A DNA stretch of 64,000 bases from the human T2T-CHM13v2.0 reference genome, Homo sapiens, in the NCBI RefSeq assembly GCF_009914755.1, contig NC_060935.1. One strand, 5' to 3'. Positions 1-15,270 of this stretch are shown in pieces. The translations under genes were made by a program, and so were the position numbers. Positions within the stretch are counted from its first letter, which is position 1, and every line of letters begins with the position of its first letter. The notes below the pieces were generated by a model that was not told where the DNA came from, made no database searches, and was given only the letters and a program-made list of their open reading frames with translations.

Positions 1-822
1 CAAATTACACGACCAGTCATTTCTCCAAAGAAAATATACAAATGACCAACAAATGTGTGAAAACATTCTCAACATCACTAATCATCAGGGAATGCAAATT
101 AAAACTACAATGAGATTCCACTTTATTCCTGCTAGAGTGGCCATTGTTAAAAAGTCAAAACCCAATATATGTTGGCATAGATGTGATGAAAAGGGAATGC
201 TTATATACTGCTGATTGGAAAGTAAATTACTACTACCTCTCTGGAAAACAGTATGGAGATTCCTTAAAGAACTAACAGTAGATATACCATTTCATCCAGC
301 AATTTCAGTGCTGGCTATCTTCCCAAAGGAAAAGAAGTCATTATATAATGCTATATAACATTATATAACAAAGACACATTCACACATATGTTTATTGCGG
401 CACAATTTACAATTGCAAAGATGTAGAACCAACCTAAGTGCCCATCGACCAGTGAGTGGATAAAGGAAATGTGATGTAATAATAAAAGGAACAAAATACT
501 ATATTTTGCAGCAACTTGGATGGAGCTGGAGGTCATTGTTTTAAGTGAAATAACTCGGGAAAGGAAAACCAAATACCATATGTTCTCACATATAAGTGGG
601 AGATAAGCTATGTGCACACAAAGACATACAGATTGATGTAAGGGACTTTGAGATTCAACAGGGGGAGAGGAGAGAAGGGGAGTGTGGGATTTAAAAACTG
701 CATATTACAAACAATGTACACTACTCAGGTGACAGGTGCACTAAACCTCATAATTCACCACTATATAATTTATCCATGTATCCAAAAGCTACTTGTATCC
801 CAAAAGCCACTGAAATAAAAAT
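1..822 (+). mobile_element. L1PB-type LINE-1, ORF2 end and 3' UTR (truncated by window start)
   Basis: Decayed ORF2 C-terminal sequence (aacatcactaatcatcagggaatgcaaattaaaac...) and L1PB-like 3' UTR ending ...cccaaaagccactgaaataaaa. Confidence 0.85.
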
Positions 823-944
823 ATTTAAATAAGATTTTAAAAAATTAATGTTTATCGGGCATCCACTGTATCTCAGACAACTCTTAGCCTTTTTCAACAT
901 CCCTATAAAACTTTTATTCAAAAGCATAGATTATAATAGATAAT

Positions 945-1240
945 ACTTGTTGTTTTTCATATATCAGTCTTACTCTAAATAATTTACATGTTAACACACT
1001 TAATCCTTATGCTAAATTCATGAGGTAAGTGCTATTTTAATTTTTATGTTAATAGTAAGGAAACAGAAGCAAAAAGGTTAAAAACCCTTTCAATATTATA
1101 GCTAGTAAATAACACAGCTGAAAATGGAACCCAAGCAAGTTTCTCCAGATGGGAAGGTTATGGTTATATGGATGAAATAACTTGACCAGCTTCACAATTG
1201 ACAAAGAGTGGCACCAAAATTTAAACCCAAGACTTTCACC
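945..1240 (-). mobile_element. MIR SINE fragments
   Basis: MIR-like core (taatccttatgctaaattcatgaggtaagtgctatt...aggaaacagaagc...tttaaacccaagact). Confidence 0.55.
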
Positions 1241-1442
1241 AATATTTTTTTCTATTGTATCTTTTTTTGCATAATAAGCCAAAAATAAGAAAAAAGAAAA
1301 TAATTAGATAATATTTTTGCTTAGCAATACAAACATCTAAGTCATAGATTAAAAATTAGTTTGTACTGAATATAAATAATTCATAGGTTGTAGTTATAAT
1401 TCATTCATTCACTCACTCAATAAATAGTACAGCCTATTATTA

Positions 1443-1509
1443 CTATTATTTTTATACTTTAAGTTTGGGATGTATGTGCATAATGTGCAGGTTTGTTACA
1501 TAAGTATAC
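1443..1509 (-). mobile_element. Very short L1PA 3' end with target-site duplication
   Basis: tttatactttaagtttgggatgtatgtgcataatgtgcaggtttgttacataagtatac; TSD acagcctattatta (1429-1442) / acagcctatgatta (1510-1523). Confidence 0.85.
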
Positions 1510-2744
1510 ACAGCCTATGATTAAATCACAATGATCATATCAACCACCTCTACAAACATCTAGCAACTTTAACTACACTGAGACACTTGGCATTAGAGAG
1601 TTAATAGTGTGATACTAAATAGTAATAATAATATTTAAATTCTTAATTTGGATTGTCAAGGCATAAGGATGAAATGTTTTCAGCATAAACAGCCCTTACA
1701 TGGAGAAACCAGAAGGTCTTCTCAGAAAGTAGTCAAGTCATTGGCTGACACACACACTGCAGAACCCATTTATTTGCCTGATACCAGCCTGTAAAATGCA
1801 AACTTAACCTCTTGATCTCCTTGATGTTAAAGGACATTTCCCTCCAACTCCTCACAAAAATAATGCTCAAATTTTCATACTACAGCTAGAAAAAAAATGC
1901 ACTTTTACACTGGTAACATAGAAGCTAGAATTCTCTCAGGTTCTATTTGAGGCTTACAACTCATGATTCTCGACTCCTTCCAAATACTCACCCACTCAAT
2001 GCTGCCAGAATGGAGCCGGAGAGAAAAATGAGATAGATTTACCTGTAGTCACTTATTTAGACCTTCCACATTGTGTTGTATGCCCAAAAGCAAAAGTTGA
2101 GCAGCTGCATTTCTTAATTGTATTTTTTCAGTTTATTTATGCCAATGCCATGTAGAAATGTATTTCTAAGATCAAGATCTTAAGTAAAATATCACCTATA
2201 TTACCCATTCTGTTAATGTATCTGATTTTCCTTAGCACTTACCATGGAGGGACTGATGACATCAAGTCTTGTCATTCAGTTATTCACCCACTTATTCATA
2301 CTTTTAATCTTAAAATTACTAGATTATCATTTTTAACTCCTTCTATGCACAATTCAATACCCTATTCCTCAAAATCCACTGGTAGTTACCAAACGTTTAG
2401 GGAAGAAAGCCTCGAATCTTGCATTGCATTAAAGAATCTTCATAATCTAGTGCCTGAACATGTTTCTGCAAAAGCTTTGGCCATCAGTCTTATCCCATTT
2501 TGAAGTCCCTCTCATCCCTAGTTAAATGTTCAATGCCAGACTTCAGGACTTTCCCTGTTGACCATGGTTCCTTACAAATAGGCATTCTTCATCTTAAGTC
2601 ACTTGAGGCTCTATTGGATGAAAGGTCTTGTAGGGCATCTGCTTCACTTTTATGCATTCTATTCCAGTTATCATATTGTCTTATACATATACTTTTTTAA
2701 AAAATATAAATGGTTACTTATTGATTTAATTTAAACAGTTTTTT

Positions 2745-3057
<313 letters not shown>

Positions 3058-3444
3058 TGATTTAAACAGGTTTAAATGCAAGATGGGTATGGGAATATAG
3101 AAGATGTTTACTATCTGTTACTAGTCATTGGCTTCTAGACGGTGGAAAAAAATAAATATACTACCTTTCCTTAAATTTCCTTTCCACTATCTACCTGAAC
3201 AAGAGGAGCGTATGAGAAGCAAGGAAGAATAAAGTATAACACTAAGTTGCCTATGATTATGATTCATGAAATGTTAGAGATGTTATATATTACACAGGCA
3301 TAGAAAATCATGAATAGGAAAGGTTGGGGAAGTTAAATTTAAAGTTGGAACTTGAGGCAAACTTTAAAAGCTATAGAGAAAGAAAGACTGAGAGAAGAAT
3401 GCGTTTTGGCTGGAAAATCCAGAGGAAATGATTTGCCAGCCAAT

Positions 3445-4845
<1,401 letters not shown>

Positions 4846-5479
4846 TCAACCTGGTTTTAAAATGATAGCTCTCCTTTCTGTCAGTAATTCTAATTTGAAA
4901 CTAGTTCATAATGACAATTAACTTGATGCTTCAGTCAATTTCATAAAATGCCAACCACTTCCTCTAACAATTATTTCTTTCTAATCTCTACACCCTCTTA
5001 CTAAAAAATCTGCTCATGTCCTCTTATTAGAAGTCAATTTTCATTATTCCTGCTGAGGGGTACTAAGATTCATTACTCTATACCCCTGGTATTGACTGAT
5101 TAGAACACAGTTGGGGCCAAGCCAAACAAAACAGATTCTCTTTGTCCTGGATTCTTAAGGGGTTTAAAACAGGGATTCCATGTAATATTGTGTCAAGGAT
5201 AACCATATGTCCACCAAAGGGGAGAAAGTAACCTCTTGAGACAAGGAAAAGAATGAAGCAGACATGCAAAGAGAAGCAGAGATAAGAAACCATGTACTCT
5301 CAAAAACACAGAGGAGGTAACCATTGGGGTGCTGTCTTCAGGCATATGGGAGATTCGTCTTTCTCTTGGAACCTGTGCTTTAGCCCATATGTATATTTCC
5401 TTTTGTTCCCCATTTAAGTAATCATTCCACCACACCAGGCCTCTAATCTCTTCATCCTACCACCTTTTTATTACCTCTC

Positions 5480-7202
5480 AACTATCTTGGTTTCCTCTCA
5501 TTTCACTCTCTGTTCTGCATAAATTTCAAGGTCAATCATTAAAAGTGAACTCCTGGCTTATTTCTCACAGGGTCTTTCACCTCTCCAACTTTGCCTTTCT
5601 CTAACTTTGCCAAACAAATTTTGCTGAAACTTAAGCCCTATTTAAATCCAATTATTTAGCTATTCCATGTTTATATCATGCAGATAAAAGTGGCTAGATA
5701 AAAACTCGGAGATATTCTATATGAACCTATTTAAATATAGTGATCTCTGCTATCAAGTGGGCCTTAATGCTGCCTGATGATCTAATTACATTTCCCTGGG
5801 CCATTCGCTCTTGCAACTTTAATATGATAATTTCATACCTTTGTCTTCTGAAGTTTCTGGTCTTCATTCTCCCATTTCTCATTCTCACTCTCATATAATG
5901 ATTCTGATTTTCACAACTGGAAAAAAACAAAATAAACAATTACAGAATAATTTCACAACCTGAAAAAAATAAGAAAAAATTGCAAAACAATTTCCATAAA
6001 CTCCCACTCCCACCTCTCACAACTGTGCATGTGTTCTTCTTATCAAGACAGATGTAATTTCTGCAATTCTTTTTAAGATACAGGTTTCATTTGTGTAATG
6101 TATCCCATGTCTGCTCAAAAATCAAGGTCTAATGGCTTGGGTTAGTGTACATTTATATGAAGTTCTTTCTCCATCCATTCTTCTGCCTTGAATTCCAGAA
6201 TCACATATCTATCTTCCCTACTCAATATCTCCTATTTCTTGCCATAAAATAAAGTTCTCTTTTATACCTCTCTTTCTTTTGTAGTCTACATTCACTTTAT
6301 TAGCAAAATCTTTTACAAATCAAAACAAACAGAATGCCAGCAGTTCTCTAGTTTCCATTGCTCTGAACTGCCATCATTTCTTGCCAGAATTACTGAAATA
6401 GCTTTCTGATTTGTCCCTCTGCTTATGCCTTTGCCCTCTGAAGTTTATTCTCAGCAGCCTTAAGAGTGATACTTTTAAAATATAAGTCAGATGATGGCAA
6501 TATTTGTCTTAAAACCCTCCAGTATTTCTTCACTGTGCTCACAGTAAAATTCAATGTACTTCTATTAACCTACAAGCTTTTTTGTGACCCAGATCTTGTC
6601 ACTTCTTTGACCTCATTCCCTACCACTCACTCTCCGAGGTATTCAGCTCCAACCATGCTACAGCACTGCTGCTGCTTCTGGATCCTATCAGGAATTCACC
6701 TGTCTCATGTTTATTAAATTTGCTTTTCTCTCTGACTAGACTTGCCTTCCCCTATATATCTACCTGGGTGACCTCCTCACCTCCTACAGAATTTTGGTCA
6801 AATGTCTTTTCTCAGAGACTACTTCCTGTCAATGCTTCCTAAATTAGAAGTAGATTTGCCAACCATTCCGATTTGCCTCAGAGTATCCCAATTTTAGGAT
6901 TAAAAGTTTCACACCCCAGTAACAACCTCGGTTCCAGGCAAACCATGAGAGTTGGTCACTTTAATAGCACTCACCCTCATTCATCCATCCATCAGCTATC
7001 CACTTTCACTTTTTTCTTTTTTTCAGTAGCACATTTCACCATTTTGTGTACCAAATATTTATTTGCCTATCCCATTCTGTTATTGTAGTTTCCACAAAAG
7101 TAGAGCTTTTAGTATGTTTTGTCTACTTTTGTATTCCCTGCAGCTGAGAATAGTGCCTGTAATACACCTTAACGATTTGAAATATTATTTTAAATGAATA
7201 AA
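5480..7202 (+). mobile_element. L2 LINE, fragmented
   Basis: L2-like motifs (ccagaattactgaaatagctttct, aaaatataagtcagatgatg, cagctgagaatagtgcctg...aatgaataaa 3' end). Confidence 0.6.
6851..6963. mobile_element. MER81-like hAT-Blackjack MITE nested in L2
   Basis: Decayed terminal inverted repeats tagatttgccaacc...tttgcc / ggcaaacc...gttggtcacttta; ~113 bp. Confidence 0.6.
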
Positions 7203-7525
7203 CAGGTAATTGAATAAAAGAAGAAATAGTTCCCATAATTCCCTGTGTTTGGTTAAATTAGATTAATTAGACTTATCTTCCTTGCAACCAAATACTCTCA
7301 GATTCTACCAACCTCCTTTGTTTGGAGCCAGAATCTAAATTTGTTCTTATGTCTGTGCTATCAGTGCTGAACTTCTCTGGACCAAATATCTCTTTAGCTT
7401 TGGTTCAGTTTATCTTTGACCCCCTTCTCTATGAAGAGATTTCCCATTGCACAACCAAGACCTGAGCAATTACATGGCAGTGAATAGATAAGCCTTACTC
7501 AAATAAACGGGAAAGAGAGAGAGAC

Positions 7526-7898
7526 CATTAAAGGATGATTGTGTCCCCCCAGATTCATATGCTGGAGTCCTAGCCCCCAATACCTCAGAATGTGACTGTC
7601 TTTGGAGACAGGACCTTTAAGAGATAATTATGGTAAAATGAGGTCATATGAGTAGGCTATAATCCAATGTGACTAGTGTCCTTATAAGAAGGGGAGTTTG
7701 GTCACAGACTCAAAGATACCTATATGAAGACAACAGAAAGGAATGACCATCTATAAGCCAAGAAGGGAGTCCTCAGTAGAAACCAACCTGGTTGACACCT
7801 TGATATCAAACATCCAGAAATGTGAAAACATGAAATTCGGTTGTTGAAGCCACCCAGTCTATGATACTTTGTTTTAGCAGCCATTGTAAACCAATACA
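7526..7898 (+). mobile_element. MLT1B-like MaLR solo LTR
   Basis: tgtgtccccccagattcatatgctggagtcctagccccc...tgaagccacccagtctatgatactttgttttagcagcc...aataca. Confidence 0.85.
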
Positions 7899-10579
7899 GG
7901 TACTCAACTGGAAACAGTGGCTTGGAAGAAACTTAGGTATATAGGTTCTAAAAGTAGAAAATCCAAGGCTAAATCTTACCAGTGATATTTTCACACTATG
8001 ATACACAAAAGTCTCCAGATATATTTAAAGCACAGTTTGGCTAGTAGAATAAGAGATCTGACATCTCAAGAATTGGTCCAAGTCCTGGTTTTGTGTTTTC
8101 ATAACCCTTCAGAGCCAATAATCTACTTTAATCATTATTTCTTTTTCATTCATTTTATCACAATAGTGAAGTAACATTACCAATGTTCAGAGTTGTTGAG
8201 ACTATCAGATATGGCACATAATGAAAAAAGGCTTAACATAAATATTGAAAGCAACTATAACAATAATAGGTACCAATATATGAATTTTTTAAATTGTTGA
8301 TTTAAGTGTCATTTAATTTCTATGACAGTGTTTGATTAATAACCATTGTGATGCTTTAATAAATAATTTGTTTCATTTGAAAGCATCTAAATTAGTTCTA
8401 CTCAGGCATTATCTCCAGCTTCCCACTCATTAATAATAGGATAAGTATTTAAATGTTTTATTATACACCTAGTAAATTAACTCACCTGTAAGTGTGCAGC
8501 AATCTGAATGTATAGGATAGAAAATCAACGGAACAGAGTTCTCATGGTTATACCTAGCCAGGTCAGATCTAATTTTATGAAAGCCAATTGTGAATTTAAG
8601 CTTCTTCAATGGACTTAAACATACATTCCTACTTTCCCCCGGGTTTACATTGATGTCCAGTTGTTATTGTACTAATTTTACATAAATAAAAAACTAAAAA
8701 ACAGAAGGGTTTAGTCATTTGTGTACCAAGGACTTACTGTTAGAACCTAAATCCCAGGTTTGTTCTATTCTTCCTTTACCAATGGAATCATTCTAAAAAA
8801 TCTTTGCTTTGGAATTTTCTTTCAGACTCTCTATATTTTTCCACTGATATTTTATTGCATCATTTTTTCTCTTTATCTCATCTGTCTTGTATTACTCCTT
8901 TAAATTCCAACATTTGCTTCTATTATTTAATTCATGCTAAGTGGATGAGAGGAAAGGCTTTAATAATACATAAAAAAGATCTGAAATGCAGAAGTGTGGA
9001 AGGTAAGAGAAAGGAATAACCTGACATTTGCCAGATATTAAATTATATTCTTTACATGTGTTACATCACCTTTACTTCCAAAAGAACCACAGAGTAGGTG
9101 TCATTTTCATCAACTTGTTCTTGCTGCCTCTCAGAAAGTAGGCTTCTGAGAAGTTAAAAAGTAGTAAGAGATGAAACAGCCATTTCTATCAGGTCAGGGT
9201 GACTCCTAAGACTATATTCTCCCCACTACACTAAGCCCGCCCTCGAGTAAAATGTTACTACATCACACCTATCCTAGTCTCTTGTGTGCTTCCTTTGGCA
9301 GCATGTACCCTCCTAGGAATTCCTTTCTAAGCCTTTAAGTCTTTCCAAGTCAACATTCTTTCAGAAGAGATTAGTTACTCAGGGCTCCTCCATGTTCCCT
9401 TCTCTCTAATCTCCCCTGCTGAGGTCTCTGAAGTTAGTATCACACATGCGAATGTTTCCACCAGTAAACCTTTTATCTCTTTTGATCTGTGGCATCAGAT
9501 CTTTGGGGCATGCCTTGTGGACCCATTCAACTATCCCCCCACAGTGTAAAAGAACCATTTATATCAGTTTCTTTCTCCTCTTCTTAGCTTTATAAACAGC
9601 TCTATGCTCTTAATTTAAAAATATGTATTAACACCTTAGGTTACTTAATTATCGTTCTTATCTCTACTTTCCAGTCAGCCCTAAAGCTCCTTAAAGCATC
9701 GGTATTACCTGACCCCAAATAAATCATTGGTTTGTAAAATGTGAGGCTGTATTTTTAACTATTTTCCAATTTTGTCCACGGATTCCATTATTCTATTCTG
9801 CAAATGTAATTTAAATTGTTTTACATCTCTTTAACCTAAATGTATCCAGTTATCTCCTTCTTCATTCATCATACTCAAAAGAGGTTTTTAAAAAAGTGGC
9901 AAAAACAGGAAGAAATACAACTTGCCAAATAACACTAGTGTTTCCTTTCTACAGAGAAATTCATTTAGTGCATTCAACTTCCAGAGATAAGTGAAACAAC
10001 AGTTTTGGCCTTAAGGAGTTCAAATCTATTATGCAAAACAAATCATTACACAGAATATGGAGAGGAAATCGAATGGCTATCATAGACAAGTTGCTTTAGG
10101 AGCACATTGGGGAAACAGATAACTTTGCCCAGATCACTTTTATGAGACTTCACATAAATTATGACTTTAGTACAGTCATTAAAGATAAAATAAGAAGCAG
10201 AGAGGAAGTCAGAAAAAGGTGATTTACTAAGATTCATTTGGGATATAACACAAGTTTTCTGTTGGATGAGAGGAAGTACAAGGTTTGGATTCAAAGAGAT
10301 GGAATTCCAGATCACTTAATTACTGTACAACCTGTGAATATTTTGAAAAACTACTTAATCTCTACACCATGATTTCCTCATTTTAAAAAGAGTGATTCTT
10401 TCTACTTTGAGTTGATTAATATTAATCAGGGAAATATGTATTAAGGTTTCAATATATAGTGGTATTCATCCAAAGATAGAGTTCTTCCTCCAGGACCAAA
10501 TGCAATGAACAGCTCCCCTGGAATATAGGAGCCCCAAAGTGAGAAATCATGCAGAGCCAAGTCTTCTGTGCACTAATAC

Positions 10580-10740
10580 TGCAGTGTGAGTTGCAGAGCA
10601 AGAGTCCATGGGCAAAGATTGGGAATCTGGACTCTTTCCTTAGCTGATTGAATTTGGGCAAGTTATTCATCTCCTCTAAACCCTGTTTCTCATTTATAAA
10701 GTATGAATCTCCACGGAATTGTCATGGTTATTATTATGAG
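10580..10740 (+). mobile_element. MIR
   Basis: ttgggcaagttattcatctcctctaaaccctgtttctcatttataaa core. Confidence 0.6.
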
Positions 10741-10742
10741 AG

Positions 10743-10743
<1 letters not shown>

Positions 10744-10784
<41 letters not shown>
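10744..10784. repeat. (CA)n microsatellite, ~20 units
   Basis: Read directly. Confidence 0.98.
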
Positions 10785-10786
<2 letters not shown>

Positions 10787-11769
10787 TATACATAAATTCA
10801 AGCACAAAGAAATACTTTTCCCTACCTACAAATGTTCTCTATCTTTTCACTACGTGACCTTAGTTTCCCTTTTGTATAGTTGCAGTAATAAACTTCTCTC
10901 CTTTTCAGTACTTCACCCAGCCTTTCCTTATGTATGCAGACAAATTTTTGAGGAACGCTTTCTTTGGCCGATGGTCTTCTAGGTTCCACTTGCTCACCAT
11001 TTATGTTTGATCCTCCTATCTATTTGAACTACCAACTAATTTATCACACATGCTGCCGTTACACTGAAATAAGATCATCAGGGCAAGAACTTTGTACACC
11101 TTCGTTGCATTCTATAAATCAACATCTTAGTTTAGTATCCCAAATAAAAAGTTACATACGGATTTTTTAGGGCAAAATGAACATATAGTCACATGTAGTT
11201 TTTATTTGAATTTGTTTCTAGACTTTACCTACTGTTACTTGGTACAATTTGTTCAAAGCATGTCTGAATAAATAATATTCTAAAAATTCACTATTTAAAC
11301 ATGTGCAAGTCTTCCTTTGAGCTGAATTCTCCAATTGTAATTCTCCAATTGTAATATTAGGATAATGATACCATGAGGTCCTCAAAGTTAGGGGCTATGC
11401 CTCCTATATATTTATATTATCATAACCCAGAAGATCATAGATGAATATTAGGCAATATATATGGAGGCAAAATAACATTTTCTGAATTACTTATACACAT
11501 CTAGGGGTTGTCCTGTAGTTTAAATAAAAAAAAACACTAACATTAATTTAAAATTTCAAAATAACCACTATTGTAAGTAGTTTACATATGTTGTGTCAAA
11601 CATTAAATAAATGTTTGAAATAATACTATTATTATCACCTTTTTATAAGTTAAAAATACTTTAAAATCATATAGTGATTTTCCCAAGATTCCACTGTTAG
11701 CACCAGAGTCAAGATCTAAACCAAAAACTGACACGAAAGAAGCTACAAAATTTAATGATGATGCTAAAT

Positions 11770-12230
11770 GGCAAATGAGATAATAAAACTAAATTATTAA
11801 TGCCCAAATTTAGAGCTCCATCCCAGACTTCTCCCCAGAATTTCAGATTTACATATTGACTCATCATTTCCACTTGGATATTTAAAATACATCTCAAAAT
11901 AATATGTCCCAAAGTGAACCCTTGCCATTACCACATTCACATCAGCTCCTCCTCTGGTGAATAACATTCCAATCCCCCCATTGTTGAGGTGGAAAATGTG
12001 GATTTGTCACTTTCCTCTCTCATCCTATATTCAAGTCATCAGTTACTCCAAATAGCTTTACCTTCAAAATATTTCCTTATTTTGATTACTTTGCATGCTT
12101 TTACCACTATTGCCCTAGTCCAATCTACCTTTTTTATAACCTATTGCCATAGTTTTCTGGTCTTTTTGCTTTTTCCCTTGCTTCCCTGCACTATATTATC
12201 AATTAAATAAAGATCCCATCAAATTAGAAA
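11770..12230 (+). mobile_element. L2 fragment, resumes at ~14815-15270 after the L1MC insertion
   Basis: cccagacttctccccagaatttcagatttacatatt...catttccacttggatattt...catctcaaaataatatgtccc. Confidence 0.65.
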
Positions 12231-13400
12231 TTAATACCCTCACTAATTCCATACTAAGGGATACCATGAAGCATTAAAAAGGAATGAAAATATCTCTATA
12301 TACTGAAAAGAAATAATTTCCAAGATATAGGGTTAAGTGAGAAAAGTAAAGTACAGACCAGTATTTATAGTATTATGAAGGTGGCATGGATATTTGTATG
12401 TGCTTGCTTCAATTTCAAAAAGAACAATTGATGTATAAATGAACAAAAAGTTACCCAAAGAAAGACCAGAGATCAGGATGGAAATATCAGAGATAGATAG
12501 AAACAAAATTGCTCTAAATATACTTTGTTATATTTATTTGACTTCGGAAAAATCTAAATGTTGCACAATTTCAAAATTAAAATTGGATCAAAGATTTTAA
12601 AAAGCAATCTGTAGGAGAGAAAATAGAAATCAATGAACCTAACTATCAAATTGGTGACACAATTACATAAAAAATAATTTTCCAAGTGACCTCAAAACAC
12701 AGTACTTTGTCTATACACAGTATTTTGGATATACTTGCAAAGTGAAGTATATCCAAAGGACAAACAGAGATGGAAGGAAATCTCAAGTTTAACTCAGTGG
12801 TCTCATTTGGAGTATTAATATTAGAATTTTTATAACTATTTTAAACATTATAGGATAAAGAAAAGTAGACAGTATTTATATAATTTAGAAAAATTAATTT
12901 CTAGTTAAGAGGAAAGAGTTGTAAGTCTAAAATAAGTAAGGTAGAAATAAACTATTTTACCTTTATTTTGATACAACAGTATGAATTCTGATTTTTTTCT
13001 CTCCAAAGATGTATTCTCTAATTCTAGCTACTGAAAATACCAATAAGCAAAAATGAAGCCACAGCAATGAATATATCTGCTGTCTTGACAGTGGTTTCTA
13101 CCATTTCTCAGTAATAGAACTCAGCTTGTTGGGAGAGTTGACTAATTCCTAGATGGGGTAGGAAATGTATAAGATGCGAAGAAGCACTTTGTTGTGCTAG
13201 AAAGTAAACAAGCTCAAAGATAAGTAAGGTTATGTTAAAAAGACAAGAGTCAAACTAAAGGGATTCCCAGACAAAAGCGAACATTTTGAACACCAAAAAC
13301 AGTAATGAATACAATAGATTGAAGCATACTGAATATATAAAATCGACGAATTCATATTAATATTCCAAAGAGACAGATACATATATTTGTTTTATATGTA

Positions 13401-13404
<4 letters not shown>

Positions 13405-13440
<36 letters not shown>

Positions 13441-13470
13441 GAGAGAGAGAGAGAGACAGAGAGAAAGAGA
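13405..13470. repeat. Compound (TG)n/(AG)n microsatellite
   Basis: Read directly. Confidence 0.95.
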
Positions 13471-14308
13471 GAAATATCATTGCTAGTAAATAGGAAACAA
13501 ATTTCTTCCTCTGAAAATTCTCATTCAAGAAAAAGGCTTCAGTATTTATCTTGTCTTTCTCATGCAAAGCGTATTTAAGAGAAAAATAACACTTGATATT
13601 TAGAGAAAATTATTTTACACATAATTCCTGCTGATAAATACGGAAAGAATGACAGGATTCGAAAATTGCCATTTAGTAAATCCTAAGGAAATAATTGATT
13701 CGGGCAAAAATTATCAATGAATAAGATGAGCTGTCGATGGAGGATTTTACAATGAAGAAATCAGACTGTCACCCTAGAACACACAGACCAATCATAGGCT
13801 CACTAATATTGGGCAACCAGACACTCTGTGTCTCCTACTGTGATTTAATCTGTACTATAAAGCCTTTTTCTTTTGAAAAACATCTAATCAAGACCTCCTA
13901 GCTAATTTCTAGTATACACAAATACAGACAAAGAAGCAACAATTCAAGGGATATCACCAAAAGTAAACAGAAAAATCCTGCATATGGGACAAGATGCATT
14001 TAAAAAATCAACGACATGTTGAAGATATGATGGTGGAGGGGAGAAAGACACTTTCAAACTAAAAGATACGTAAAAGAAATAATAATTGAATACAGTGTGT
14101 GTAACAAGTTTGAAACTTCAGTTCAATGTGGTAACATACTGTGTTTAAAAGAGAAATCTGAATATGGACCAAGTAGTATGTAACGCTAAGGAAAGATTCA
14201 TTGTGTTGAGTGGAATAATGACTGTGTCTATGTAAGAAAATGTCTATAATTTTTGAAGTTACAGTTTCAGCAAGTAGTAGTGATATGAGATCTGGGATTT
14301 TCATTTCA

Positions 14309-14615
<307 letters not shown>

Positions 14616-14814
14616 TATTAAAAAATGAAAACAATAAAAAATAAATATATAAAAATAACACAAAACCTGGGATGGATAAATTGTGAGCATGGTAAATTTT
14701 TAATAATTATTAAATGTGTGTGATGGGTATATGTGTGTTTATCATACTATTCTCTCCACTTCTGTGCATGTTTGAATATTTTCATATAAAATGCATAAAA
14801 ATTCTAGAATATTA

Positions 14815-15270
14815 AATATTAGATGCTATCATCTACTTGCTCAAAACTCTCTGATAACTTTGTGTTAGGATAAAAAGGAAATCCCACGTTCTTACTAGGC
14901 GTTGTATAATCTGGCCCTTGACTTCCTTTCTCACCTTCTCTCTCACACTCCTTCACTGATTCTCCCTCCTCCAGCCACTCTGGTCTCCTCGTTTATCTTC
15001 AAACAATTACCCACGGATTCATCTTTTTCATGCTTTCCTTTCTTAAACGCTCTTCTCTTAGTGTATTGTTGATTCCACCTGATTCTGACCTTTATTCCAA
15101 AATCACCTCCTCAGTGCCCTGTCTCAGTTGTCTTTCCAAAACAAACGTTGTATCAAGCAATTATTTTGTATTTACTTAACAGCACCTAGATTAATCCGTT
15201 TTTCTAGCCACCCCATGGTCTGGAACTGCATACATTGCAGGTGCTACATACATATTAATTGAATTAATAT
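14815..15270 (+). mobile_element. L2 3' part
   Basis: acttgctcaaaactctctgataactt...gtataatctggccc...gcaggtgctacatacatattaattgaattaat. Confidence 0.55.

Noticed and set aside
1991-2130. Minus-strand donor TGG|gtgagtat at 1991 (similar isolated donors near 22090, 30525, 30575, 61391)
   Set aside because: No convincing paired acceptor; isolated donor-like motifs are expected by chance.
5727-5939. 70-aa basic ORF on the minus strand
   Set aside because: Non-ATG start, lies in L2-derived sequence, no recognisable domain.
11325-11352. Small tandem duplications (14 bp here; also ~340, ~15310, ~32820, ~57133)
   Set aside because: Ordinary slippage micro-duplications.
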